Assembly: GCF_022045235.1 (NCBI RefSeq)
Contig: NW_027266272.1
Location: 29,202,001 to 29,266,000 of the forward strand
Reading direction: 5' to 3'
Length of the DNA: 64,000 nt
Source: Haliotis cracherodii
Lineage: Eukaryota
The notes below the pieces were generated by a model that worked only from the letters and a program-made list of their open reading frames with translations, searched no databases and was not told the origin of the DNA. The stretch's first letter is position 1; every line of letters starts with the position of its first letter. Below, one piece after another: positions 50,031-62,685 of the stretch. The position numbers and the translations under genes are program-made.

Positions 50031-50937
50031 TTCGTCTACAGTGTTATCAAAAACAAAGTTCACAGTGATCACCAGTGATCTGAGGGGTAATAAGCTGATT
50101 CTTTCAGAAACATAGTAGACCTGCCTGAGTATAATAAAGAATAATAAGTGAGTTGAATATATTCATCATACACAATAGTATAAGTGAGGATAAGAACAAC
50201 AGCTTTATTACAATTAGAAGCGTTCTTACACTGTGCAAGACAAGTGTATATACAGGTATGAGGCAGTGTTTATACAGTTGTCTCATACCTGTATACAGGC
50301 TTGTCAATCATACTCTGTACATCCCTTGCTCTCAAATGTATAAACACTGCCTCATACCTCAACTTGTTCTCGTTGCTATATGGCTGAAAAAATGCTGATG
50401 CAACGTTAAATCATAACTCACTCACTCTTGTAGAGTAGGGAATGAAAAATGCGGTTCAAGATTACTACACTTGCCCTTGCATGTGTGTCTGCTTAAGCTG
50501 GTTTTATAGTGCCAGCTAAGTGAGACACCAAGTTGTAGATTAACATAGATACACCACTCAGACACAGAATACCAAGCAGACCAATGCTTGTTTTATCCCC
50601 CTAAAGCCCAGCACCAGGCAGGGTAACAAGTACCATCTTTTGGTATGACATGGTCAGGGAATCAAACCAGACTTTCCGCTCTACCGGCAGATTTCTGATA
50701 GAGTAAATATTTACATCTAATTACAATGTTTTGAATCAAAACTACATGTCAGGGAACTCATGTTTGTACATGTCATCAATAGTTGTATTCATTCAGGACA
50801 TATTTTCAAACAGTTCCCCCCACTGGACCAGTGATTGATATTGTAAACTTTGTCCATGCCGCCAGGGTAAAATGACAGAGCCTGACCACTTGATCCTTTT
50901 AACTGCCTCAATTGCTGAGGACCAATTCTAACCTGGA

Positions 50938-51280
50938 GGTGAGGTGAAATGGGATTTAATGTTGTATCAAAGGCTATTGAATTTATACAGCAACCTGCAT
51001 GCGTGTGTGTTTGTGTGTGTGGCTCCCTGCTTGTACTAGACCAGACTGTTGTCGATTTTACAGTGCTAGCCCAATGAGATATCATGCTGCAGTTGAACAT
51101 GAATACCCCACTCAGACACAGTATACTGACTCCGAGCCAACCAGTCCTTGTTTTAGCCCCTTAATGCAGAGCGCCGGACTAGGTAACAACAAGTACCATC
51201 TTTCAACGTCTTTTGGTATGATGCAGCTGGGGATCAAACCCCAGACATCTCTAGACGGACCACTAGACCACAGAGACGGT
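50938..51280 (-). mobile_element. tRNA-derived SINE (family B) with 15-bp TSD
   Basis: CAATTCTAACCTGGA at 50923-50937 and 51281-51295; body is the reverse complement of the 28813 copy. Confidence 0.85.
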
Positions 51281-51443
51281 CAATTCTAACCTGGAATCCA
51301 CATGAGCAAGTATCTATGTGACATCAGTGTAAACCCTGGTTTAATCATTGTCATTATCTACACTAAGACAGGTGGGCTTGTATAATAGTTGACTTGACTT
51401 GGTTCTCATGGTGACTAACTAACAACAGTATGTACATATACCT

Positions 51444-51449
51444 TTTATT
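51444..51449 (-). terminator. Probable polyadenylation signal of PSMC5
   Basis: AATAAA on the minus strand ~250 nt downstream of the stop. Confidence 0.6.
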
Positions 51450-51701
51450 TCTGAGATAGAAACAACATTCTGATGACAGAAAATCACCATAAACATGGGC
51501 ATGTCAAGCCAGCCAGCGGAATCAACTGCAAGGTCACATATTATACAAAATGATGTCAATGAACATAACTGACTGACTACAAACATGACATGCATACTAC
51601 ATATGGTGTTTTGCTTAAATAAGCACAGTGCTTGGAAACAAACATTCTCAAATTTGTTTTCCAGGCATGTGACACTCCGGTCTCTTCATGTATGCAGAGA
51701 A

Positions 51702-51755
51702 TTACTTCCACTGTTTCTTAATTGAAATGTTTTTCTCTGCATCCTTCAACATGAT
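51702..51755 (-). CDS. PSMC5: 26S proteasome regulatory subunit 8 (Rpt6), terminal exon
   Basis: TTGCAG| IMLKDAEKNISIKKQWK* (TAA). Confidence 0.9.
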   Translation of the reverse strand: MMLKDAEKNISIKKQWK

Positions 51756-52291
51756 CTGCAACAGAAAGGCATAACATGAGGCCATGACAAAACACATGTC
51801 AGATAATCATCGCGCCTCAGTATCAAACACCCTGTCTCTCATTATGTTTTTTTCTTCAGGTTACCACAGATGAAAACTTGCACTTTCCCTTCATCCCCTA
51901 TTTGATGAAATGGAAACTTTTCAAAATCCAAACAAAGCTTCATGTGAGCCACATCGCCAGACCCTTAATGCATGAAGATGCTCTTAACATGCTGAACAGT
52001 TTGTTTAAAGCCATTATAAACAAGAAAGAAATTCACATTTAAAAAAAGTAATGGATGAAAATCTGATGGTAACTAAATCCTTTAGTTAATCAAACGATTA
52101 ATCAAAACATATCAGTGGCGATGAGTTGGTTGAGTTTGTGCTGCTTGACATCAGACAGCAATATTCAAACAGTATCAGAGGAAACTGGATTGAACAAACT
52201 GGTGGTTGATAACATGAGCAACAATCAACAACATCAGTGCATGTTGACACAGTCAGGTCTCACAGTTTGATCACTCAAATCTCATTAGCTA

Positions 52292-52567
<276 letters not shown>

Positions 52568-53725
52568 TTACTTGTTTCCTGTCTTAATGAGTGAGGGAGT
52601 TGGGTTTTATGCTGCTGTATACAGTGTTTCTGTCATAGATCAAGGCGTGTGAAGGCCTGATATGATGCAGGCCTTTGACCTTTGGTGGTGAAACCCACAA
52701 GTAGCATATGATGCTGACAAACCTAGAAACAATCAGGGAATCTGGCATTCGAACCCATGACCACTGGCATGCCTAAGAAATGCAACTCTGCACAGTGAAT
52801 TACCACTGGGCCACCTGTGCTTCCTACTGTTGTAATGGACAATGTGAATCAAAACAGATTTAAAGACAACTCTGTGTCGAGGTGGGGAGGCGAGACGAAA
52901 AGGGGTTTTACGTCTCGTTCCAAGATTACTGTGACATTTCATAAATCCATGAAATAGCGATACATATATGTTTCAGTTAGTGAGTGAACTAAGCTCAATG
53001 GCCAGTCTGCAATATTCAAGCTACATTTTGACTGTACATAAATGCGTATGGGCCAGGTAAACTAGTAGTGTCTGAAAGCATGAGTAACTATCTACCTCGG
53101 GAGTATGATCACATGCAATCTATTCTGACCTGAAATCCCCATGTTTTGAAAACAACATGCATGGAACAAATATATAAATAATCCTTTTGTCTTTCTGAAT
53201 TTGGCACAAGGATAATACATGTATAAGGTTGACAGAGAGCACCATAAGCATAAGCTCTAAGAAAGAAATAGAGCAGTTGTCAATTTTCAAGTTAATTAAA
53301 CCTTGGTCAGTGGTTGACCACATGAGCAATTCATAAGCCAGATCACACACTAAAACAACCCAACCCTCATTAATACGAGGGCTGACTGATGTGATGTGTT
53401 CTGAACCTAATAGTGAAGTCTTACATAAAGACACGTCATAGAGGTATATCCACAAATTTCTTTAGCAAATTGTTTCGCTGTGACGAGTCTGTAAAATAAG
53501 CAGGGGTCTGTGAAATTTGGAAAATGGACAAACTTCAGGATCGTGCAATGAGGCAGGGAATTATGTGTTTAAATGATTAAGTCTTTAGGTCAAGTATTTC
53601 TATCAATCCCCCTCGTAGCTATTGTGACAAGCTTGGGGGACCTGGGACCAATTCTGCCAGTAATCCCCAAAAGGTTGAAAGAAAGAACATTTCATATAAC
53701 CTACTTTTTTGTCACATATATTTAC

Positions 53726-53836
53726 CTTAACTTCAGCACCTGATGCACCTGGCATCATTTCAGCAATTTTGCGTAAATTGATGCCCCGGGTCAGGTTCAT
53801 TTTTCTTGAGTGGATTTTCAGGATGTCTAGACGAGC
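53726..53836 (-). CDS. PSMC5: Rpt6 exon
   Basis: [37 protein letters not shown]. Confidence 0.96.
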
Positions 53837-54463
53837 CTGAGAAGACAGTAACAGTCATGTAGTGTACATGCTACATAGGAACAGTGTCATGGCCCTGCAG
53901 CTTATATATATATATTGTCATGATTGTTCAGAAGGATGTGTGTCCCACTGACACAGGCACATGTATTAAGGAGAGGAACCTACTCGGTTCTATTTACGGG
54001 TTCAAACATAGACATGATACTAAAATGTAGACAACATTAGTTCGTCTTCCATGCCACCATTACAAACTATGTGTACTCTGTGGTCATTGTGGAAGTGATG
54101 GATAATGTGACACTAGTTGAGTCTAACATTTCACTAGGTCTTAATGGTGGAATCCATGTTTGCTTTCACATACATGACATATTCAAACCATTATTTTTAA
54201 GATACCACATAATCAGTGATATATCAAAAAATCCCATCAAATGACAATCATGTATACTCTAGCTATTGTGTCCACCAGCTTATTTGATGCCAAGTTCACA
54301 CTGTGACCTTAACCTTCACTGTCACCCAATCATCCCAAGAAGTATAAAGGAAGTACACCATTGTACACAGGTTATGAATTGTCCAAGTCAATTTTGAGGC
54401 GAGCTTTAAAGGATCTTTGCTTCTCTATCTTACTGCTGTGGAGTAAAGCAAACAAGCACCCAC

Positions 54464-54562
54464 CTCCTCGTTGGGTGGGGGAAATTCTATCTTTCTGTCT
54501 ATCCGTCCCGGACGTAGTAAAGCTGAGTCAAGGATGTCAATTCTGTTGGTGGCCATAATAAC
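54464..54562 (-). CDS. PSMC5: Rpt6 exon (second region of homology, Arg finger)
   Basis: [33 protein letters not shown]. Confidence 0.96.
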
Positions 54563-55192
54563 CTGTAAGTAGAAATGAATGACTTAGTAGAGTTGGAAAT
54601 ATCTGTAACTGAATTACATAAAATGACAACCCAGCTCTCCAAATTCAACTGGGAGGGTCACAAAGTATACGCCAGAGAAAGTGAACTTAACATAGACAAG
54701 TTGGGATATCAAGCTGACCACAATCATCACAAGATCAGAATTGTGTTTCATCATGTTCATTATTGAGATGGATCTTGCACACATTTCCTAAACATTTTCT
54801 AACAATTTGTCCAGATGTGACAATCAAGACAGGTTCTACATGAACATGTAGGCTGCATGTTAACATACTACTGCTCCAAAAGTGGCCATCTTGAACCTGA
54901 TGAACATGTCGTGAGGACAAGGTACGATAAGGGCTCTCTGTCTGACCCAGTGATCTGGATAACTCAATAAATGAGCAAACCTTTACATATAATGAAACTC
55001 ATATGTTCATATCAATGAGAATTAGACTGTCTGTTTCAACAACCGCAGGTTTGGGACACATAATACCTCTACATGCATAGGTAAGGCTAAGGTGTTAAAG
55101 GGTATGATTACAGATTGTTTAGCATTGTTTAGGTAGTGGCTCCTTATGTTTGAACATGAACAAATCTTGGACACAAACTGATAGTTATTGGG

Positions 55193-55325
55193 GTGAGTGA
55201 GTATGGTTTTACGCCTCTTTCAGAAATATTCCAGCAATATCACAGTGGGGGACACCAGAAATGGGCTTCACACATTGTCCCCATGTGGGGAATTGAAACC
55301 AAGTCTTTGGTGTGACAAGCAATGC
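55193..55325 (-). mobile_element. Truncated tRNA-derived SINE (family A)
   Basis: GTGAGTGAGTATGGTTTTACGCC...CACCAGAAATGGGCTTCACACATTGT, as in the 60281 copy. Confidence 0.75.
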
Positions 55326-55483
55326 TATTCCATTCAACATACATCCTCACCATGCGCACTGCATGAGTCTAGTTAGATCTAACAGTCAAAGATTAAGTCT
55401 CACAGATCACCAATGCTTGTCATCTAGTAATGCTTCAAACTAATATTGCTCCAAGGGAGACAACTTGTGCATCAGCTCCTTAC

Positions 55484-55560
55484 TTTGATGTTTTGCTTCG
55501 GTTCAAAACCATCCAACTGATTAAGTAGCTCCAGCATAGTCCTTTGCACCTCACTGTCAC
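55484..55560 (-). CDS. PSMC5: Rpt6 exon
   Basis: (G)[25 protein letters not shown]; phases 1/0. Confidence 0.96.
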
Positions 55561-55744
55561 CTGTAACAAGAGTATGTAAAGATGCACACTATCAAACAAA
55601 TTTCAGATTTGTTCCTACAGGAGTGCTAGTCTTCTAGTTCTACCCGCTGTCTCACACTGCCCTGCTGAGGCTGCTGGGAGTCAACTGTCGTGAGGGGTCA
55701 ACTGGGTGCTAACTTATGCAAGTAAGTGGTGGGTTAGGAAGGAG

Positions 55745-56088
55745 GGTGAGGTGAGGTGAAATGGGGTTTAATGTCACATCCATGTTTCATGCATGTTTAT
55801 AGCGACATGCATGCACGTGTGTGTACACGTGTGTGCGTGCGTGCGTGTGCTTGTACTAATCCGGACTAATGCAGATTTATAGTGATAAACCAGAGATATC
55901 ATGCAACAGTTCAACATGAATACCCTATTCATACACAACTACTGTTTCAGAGCAGACAAGTCCTTCTTTTGGCCCCTTATTGTCGAGCGCCAGACAGGGT
56001 AACAGGAAGTAGCATATCTTAACGTCTTTAGGTATGAAGTGGGATCAAAGTCTCTGGGCGGACGCTCTTCGACTAGACCACAGAGGCG
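55745..56088 (-). mobile_element. tRNA-derived SINE (family B)
   Basis: (GTGAG)n GTGAAATGGGG tail through GGGCGGACGCTCTTCGACTAGACCACAGAGGC head. Confidence 0.75.
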
Positions 56089-56253
56089 CTTTGGAGGTGG
56101 AAAGGGGAGGGCTCGAAGGGGGAAGCGAGGAAGGTGTATATCTTATTGCTTGACAGAAAATTAGGATTTCATTTTCACTAGCTAGAAAGAAAATAAAGTA
56201 GCCATGGGCTACCAGCATGTCCAGACAGGAGCCTATTTCACACGATGCAATCA

Positions 56254-56423
56254 GTGAGAGAGTGAGTTAGTAATGTCTTAAGCTGCTTTCAGCACTAATC
56301 CAGCAATATCATGGTGGGAGACACCAGAAATGGGCTTCACACATTGTACCCATGTGGGGAATCGAACCTGGGTCCTCGGCATGACGAGCAAACGCTTTAA
56401 CCACTAGGCCACCCCACCGCCCC
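56254..56423 (-). mobile_element. tRNA-derived SINE (family A) with 15-bp TSD
   Basis: CACA(C/T)GATGCAATCA at 56239-56253 and 56424-56438; B-box complement GGAATCGAACC. Confidence 0.85.
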
Positions 56424-56761
56424 CACATGATGCAATCAAGCAAGTCACAGACCCTGACCGCCCAATGCATTTAGTCATCTCTTACGACCAGCATAGGTTG
56501 CTGGGGACTCACTCTTACCCGGAATCCCATTAGGGGACAGTTTGGTAGTAAGACCCGTTCCTCTCAAACCGCACGCACAAGACAGCATTGAATCATTATA
56601 ACAAGTCTTTGTGTTTTTACACATAAGCTACCAATTACTTTACAAAATGAAGTCAGCTTGTATCCTTGAAAATCATGCACAGGGGAAGCGCCCTCTGTCT
56701 TATTATTCATTGTTTCTTCATGTTACAGTAATGCACTCAATCTAATTTCGATTTGTAATTA

Positions 56762-56881
<120 letters not shown>

Positions 56882-57237
56882 TTAGGGTTAACGCTATTAA
56901 AACCAATTTCAGGGACACAAGATTTCACATTGACATGATTAATTCTTTGGTCTAAATTGTTTTGGGTGTCAATGACATCACAACTGTATCAAAACTAGCA
57001 GTCCCAAATATCAGCATGATAGGCATGTTGTTCGAGGTATTGACTATTTCAACAATATCAACATGACGAAAGAATAAATTAAAAATATAATTAAAATTGG
57101 GCTGCTGGATAGTTTGGTCAAGTTTAAATAAGTCTTAAGATCTTCTACCTGCAATATTCCAGCACTTTTTCAAGCTCCATCAATCAAGTGACTAGACTGA
57201 TTGCTATGTAGGCAAACATTCTTAAAACTTGTACATG

Positions 57238-57333
57238 ATGAACATACTGTTCTATTATGAACACACTATTCTATTATGAACACACTATTCTATTATGAAC
57301 ACACTATTCTATTATGAACACACTATTCTATTA
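57238..57333. repeat. 19-bp tandem repeat ATGAACACACTATTCTATT x5
   Basis: Direct reading. Confidence 0.93.
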
Positions 57334-57416
57334 GAATCCATGACTTCCTGAATTACTAACACTGCTTACATGTGAACAACTTTGTTTGACTTGTCTCTAA
57401 AATATAGTGCAAGTCA

Positions 57417-57647
<231 letters not shown>

Positions 57648-57683
57648 TCAAGAAGAGATTCACTCGCTATACACTGAGCATGT

Positions 57684-57962
57684 TGAGGTGAAGTGAAATG
57701 GGGTTAAACATCATGTTCAAGATTATTTCACTCATATAGCGACATACAGGCAGGTGTGTGGCTGTGTGCACTAGTCTGGACTTATAGTGTCATCCCACTG
57801 AGATACCATGCTACAGTTTTACACTGATACTCCCTTCGAGTCAGAGGGTGCTTCATTTATTTCCTTAGTGTCATGCCACAGGCAGGGTAATAACAAGTAC
57901 CATCTTTTAACGTCTTTTAGTATGACCAGGCCAGGGGATCTAACGATCAACCTTCCTCTCAC
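57684..57962 (-). mobile_element. Degraded tRNA-derived SINE (family B)
   Basis: GTGAAATGGGGTTAAAC tail; CAGGCAGGGTAATAACAAGTACCATCTTTTAACGTCTTTTAGTATGAC core. Confidence 0.7.
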
Positions 57963-57967
57963 CAGAC

Positions 57968-58423
57968 CAGAGTTAATACACATATGGAACACTAAAATTC
58001 AAGGCCTTTTCATGGCTGCCAACTGTCATTTTCAAGGCTTTTTTAGTTGGGTTATAAGCCTTTGTCTGTCAATATTGTATTAAACCCAGCATACAATATA
58101 TTAGTCATAAGACCTACAAAGCAGTATGAGCATCACACATTTTCCGACAAAAAAATAAATTAAGTCGCTTCTGAATTCTTCAGGGTCTTTGGCACCCCAA
58201 TCTATCACTTGGATCAATCTCACTTAAACATCATTGGTACATATTTTGGTGTGCATTAATCATTTGTAAATACTTTGATTAACAAGTATATGTCATTTTG
58301 TACAAATTCAAGGCTTTAAGCTATTTTGGAGATTTTCAAGGCTTTTCAAGGTTTACACTAAAAATCAAGGCTTTCCAAGAGATCCATAAAATTCAAGGCT
58401 TTTTCAATCCTGTAAGAACCCTT
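57968..58423. mobile_element. Degraded MITE with CAG(A/G)GTT termini, internal TTCAAGGC repeats and 5-bp TSD (CAGAC)
   Basis: CAGAC at 57963-57967 and 58424-58428; CAGAGTTAATACA / TGTAAGAACCCTT match 9/13. Confidence 0.55.
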
Positions 58424-58445
58424 CAGACGGAAGCTCTATCCACTA

Positions 58446-58751
<306 letters not shown>

Positions 58752-59759
58752 CTAAAACAATGGTGCGTCGGATTAAACAAACATAAAAATGAACACATCC
58801 GCATCCTTTTTTTTATTCTCAAAGGCTAAGTAATCATGGTAAGTGCGATCTTGTTATTTATTACTCTTATGTCATACATATATTGTGATATTTAAAAGTG
58901 TTTTGCAACTGAATTGATTTTGGAGGTCTGTTCTCAATGACCTTTTAATAATGGAAAGAGCATGAATTTTACCCCCCTTTCAGCTTTCAGCAAGTGTGAG
59001 AGAATAATTTTACTATCAACTATGTTTATACTGATATTTGCAATAAGCCATCATGTAGGGGAACACATTTGAACTAGGGTGTTACAACATAGGTTGTCAA
59101 CTGATCTCGAGGGGTATATGGTGTGATGCATCCCGTGTGTGAGCCTTTGTACCCCGAGCTGTTGGGACATAGGCTCACACACAGGGTACATGAAACCACA
59201 TTTACCGGAGGTATCGGTTGACAAAGAATTTATCTCCCAGACATCCATTCATACAGACCCGGAATATATGTCTGAAGTTTGACTGAGAAAAATGCTTTGA
59301 TTCAGCCATTTTGACTCCTATTACTGACCTAGTAGATGAAGCAAACTGGCTAACTTCCCTTTATCCAATGCATTCGGATAAACATCGGTTCATTTCAGCT
59401 CAACAATACTTATGCGAGATAAGCAAGTTATCTAAGGCATGTTCCGATTGATTTCTCAGTGGAATATATGAGCTGGCTACATGGAAAATAATTGCCCACG
59501 CATTCACATAACCAATCAGAAAGTAGTATTTTGATGTAAGGTTAGATAATATCTCATATAATGATCGTGATTTGTTTTGGTGTGAAACTCTCCATATTCT
59601 ATGTGGCTCGGCTGACGAGGCCAGTGCAATCAATATTTTGTGGTGAACATGATTGATTATTCTAGGATTTTTCTAATTGGATTATGCAATCAGATGTAAC
59701 AATTTGTTTCATGACAGCAGCGGAGGTAACACTAGCCCTAGACATTTCAGTCTGCTTAC

Positions 59760-59885
59760 CTTGTTTGGCAAGATCTTGTGGAGAACATAGCTGTCATTTC
59801 TGAGAGCAACTCTACAATTAGGTGTGACAGTATTGATGTCTATGTTCTTGTCTAAATCAACAACAAACTTTCCTTCTGGATGAAC
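59760..59885 (-). CDS. PSMC5: Rpt6 exon (OB fold)
   Basis: [42 protein letters not shown]. Confidence 0.97.
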
Positions 59886-60280
59886 CTGTAAAGAAAATAC
59901 TTTTTTTTTAAATTCGGCAAATATTTCATGTACATGTAATACAGTAGAGCCTTTACGTAACAGCATTATCTTCAGAACACAGAGTATGCATGTTTCATTT
60001 GGCCATGTAAGCTAACATTAGGCAAAAAGCAGACAAACAGAAATCTGTGTGGAGTGTTTGGTCTAATGCAGGTTTGAATGCCTGTTAGTCAAGGCGTGTC
60101 ACCTTAATTGAGGAGGCAACTCAGGCAAGGGATGCATTTCTTAAAACATTTGCAACTTTGGTAAAACCCAGAACATGAAGGTATGCTGCTGACAAAACAA
60201 GAACCACAAGCCGGACAGATCTGGGACTCAAACTCATGATTCTAGGATTCTGGCACGGGACTAGTTATATACTTGCAATA

Positions 60281-60442
60281 GTGAGTGAGTATGGTTTTAC
60301 GCCGCTTTTAGCAATATTCCAGCAATATCATGGCGGGGGACATCAGAAATGGGCTTCACACATTGTACCCATGTCGGGAATCAAACCCGGGTCTTCGGCA
60401 TGGCGAGCAAACGCTTTAACCACTAGGCTACCCGACCGCCCC
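60281..60442 (-). mobile_element. Full-length tRNA-derived SINE (family A) with perfect 13-bp TSD
   Basis: TATACTTGCAATA at 60268-60280 and 60443-60455; minus-strand head GGGCGGTCGGGTAGCCTAGTGGTTAAAGCG; (ACTC)n tail. Confidence 0.9.
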
Positions 60443-61203
60443 TATACTTGCAATATGACACATACCTCAACAGGTTGCAATACAATAAGACAAGAAAACT
60501 TGACACCTTAACAATGGACAAGGAAACATTTCGAGTATCAAAAGAAATGAATAGTAGCTCAAATGCAACCTAAACACATTTAACAGATTCAGGTGAGTTA
60601 ATAAAAGAGGGACTTGAGGCCTCTTGCGCACAAGCAGAACATTGTTTTACCATTTATGTTCATACCATTTAACATTGCAAACCATACCATACCTTTATCT
60701 ACTTGTGTCCTTTTGTATTGATACACGACCTTCACTGCACAGAGTATCGTGATACATTTGGTGAATCATTACATTCGCAAACATGATGTAAGGGACACAA
60801 CTCTGCACAGCAAATTGTGGCAGCGAATAAGAATGGGCCATCCATGCCTAGAGGAGCATCAACAGCTGGTCAATACACAGGGCATGTAACAGTTTAGTCT
60901 GTTAGTTATATAAGGCACAAAGACAGGCTGTAGTGATTGAGAATAACCGGTTACAGGCCGGCAAAGCCACATTTCGAAAATAGATAGCCCAAATTGATGT
61001 GGCGCTCCCGGCAATGGTTATGGTTGCGTGATTGTATAATGTGGCTCTCACGGCTATGCTGTCAAAACATGCTTTGTGATTCTAACAGGTTACCGTATAT
61101 AACAAAACAAGTCTTGTTTTATCATTTCTTATTCAACAAGGATAACATATTCATCTGAACTTTACATTGATGAATATGAATAGCATATGAATATCATAAT
61201 GGA

Positions 61204-62601
61204 TCATAACTGCAGATGAAGGAGGTCGCCCACGTGGTCAGCATATTCCATCTCACTCAGGTGTTGGTTCAGGAGCTGGATCTTGAGGGACGCAATACGT
61301 GCATCGATTGCCTTGTACTTCTTTCTTCGTGAAGGTTCTGACCACTGGTGAGAGAGTCTCAGGACTGCAACCTCTTTGAGGGACTGCTCTCGCTGAAATA
61401 GCTTCACTACCTCGTAGATGTTCGGGTGGCACTTCTTGGCAAGTTTCTTTATCTTGTTGTGCCACCCTTCCAGGTGATTGTTGGTACGGTGGCCTTGGTT
61501 TTCGAAATGGTTCCAAATCTCTGGCATGAAGGCCTGTCCTTGAACCCAACTGGTTGTCACGTAGTCCATGAAAGCAGTCACTTTAGGGCCAGCAGGAGAG
61601 TCAGCAATGGCATCAAGCCACACATCATCCACTTTGTCACGAGGTACTAGAGGGAGGGCAGCAGCTCTTCTCACCAGCTTCTTCACCTCCTCATCTTCCT
61701 TATAGTCCATCACCAGACCTTCTTTCTGCACCTTCCTCCAGATACATTGGGTGAAGTGAAAGAAACACCCTCTAACTAATGTCCCAGGAAATACATCAGT
61801 CACGGCATTGTGAGCTGCACGTTCAAAGTCCAATTGAATTGTAAGTGGGGCAAACTCTAGACCTCCTCTACTAGCACAATCGCATAGGTACTGAAACATG
61901 TTGACATAACACTCTTTTTTTCGATTGGACAACAAACAGTAAACTAATGGAAACATATGGCCAAACACCTCAGCGTGTAAACAATAAATCTGATCAAACA
62001 ACTTGGGACAGGCATAAAATGTACCATCACAAAATACAATGTCTGCAGTACACAAATGTTCAATGTTCTTGTCTGTAGTGAAGATGAGGATGTCGTCACT
62101 AACACGGTGTAGGAACTGGTCGCCTCCCTCAGTCTGGGAGTACTTCTCCTCCAGCTGGATCTGGGGTCTGCTGTCAGGAAGGCGGGGCAAGGTCTTGTGT
62201 CTCTGGCGGTAGAGGATAGTGGTGAGAGACTTCAGGGCTGGTATCTGCGTCAGGAGGGCATCTGAGACGATGTCATGATGTTGGCGTAGTCTGGATATCT
62301 CCTCTCCGTAGATAGTGGGTATAGGGGTCGTTTCTGTCCTCGCTCTCTCCATCAGTCTAGCCTTAAAGGCATCAACCTCAAACTCGAATGGTTGTGGGTC
62401 GTGGGAGTGACCCGTGATCTCAATGGCGTGGAGCAACTCACCCAGAGTTGTGATCCTTGCAGTGCACTCCTTGACAATACAGGACCAGTATCTTCTTTCA
62501 CCACGACTGCTCTTACACCGAAACTTAAAGCCATCATAGTATAAATGTACGCCTCCTCTGACACTTTCAACGAACTTTATTTGAACTTGTGCGTTTGCCA
62601 T
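61204..62601 (-). CDS. MULE transposase with N-terminal FLYWCH zinc finger (465 aa)
   Basis: LYYDGFKF...YWSC...C...HSH (FLYWCH); FCDGTF, LDFERA, GCFFHFTQC, RTNNHLEGWH (DDE triad and CxxH). Uninterrupted from ATG 62601 to TGA. Confidence 0.93.
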   Translation of the reverse strand: MANAQVQIKFVESVRGGVHLYYDGFKFRCKSSRGERRYWSCIVKECTARITTLGELLHAIEITGHSHDPQPFEFEVDAFKARLMERARTETTPIPTIYGEEISRLRQHHDIVSDALLTQIPALKSLTTILYRQRHKTLPRLPDSRPQIQLEEKYSQTEGGDQFLHRVSDDILIFTTDKNIEHLCTADIVFCDGTFYACPKLFDQIYCLHAEVFGHMFPLVYCLLSNRKKECYVNMFQYLCDCASRGGLEFAPLTIQLDFERAAHNAVTDVFPGTLVRGCFFHFTQCIWRKVQKEGLVMDYKEDEEVKKLVRRAAALPLVPRDKVDDVWLDAIADSPAGPKVTAFMDYVTTSWVQGQAFMPEIWNHFENQGHRTNNHLEGWHNKIKKLAKKCHPNIYEVVKLFQREQSLKEVAVLRLSHQWSEPSRRKKYKAIDARIASLKIQLLNQHLSEMEYADHVGDLLHLQL

Positions 62602-62685
62602 GGTTATGATATGGAGTGAACACGACATCACTTAAATATGTTATGAATAACAGGATGAACTCAATGTCAATTAAGACGGCCTTTG

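Noticed and set aside
49227-50115. Repetitive ORFs, or a CRISPR-like array
   Set aside because: Contiguous 31-bp units without unique spacers, eukaryotic context, no cas genes; the ORFs reflect a stop-free monomer.
59605-59650. Hammerhead ribozyme core CTGACGAGGCC (similar CTGATGA..GTGAGGAC at ~54898)
   Set aside because: No stem II closure followed by GAAA and no stem III/NUH site.
62602-62631. Upstream non-ATG start for the transposase, or a PSMC5-transposase fusion
   Set aside because: The first ATG is at 62601; the nearest upstream AG acceptor is weak and a phase-0 join would give an immediate TGA.
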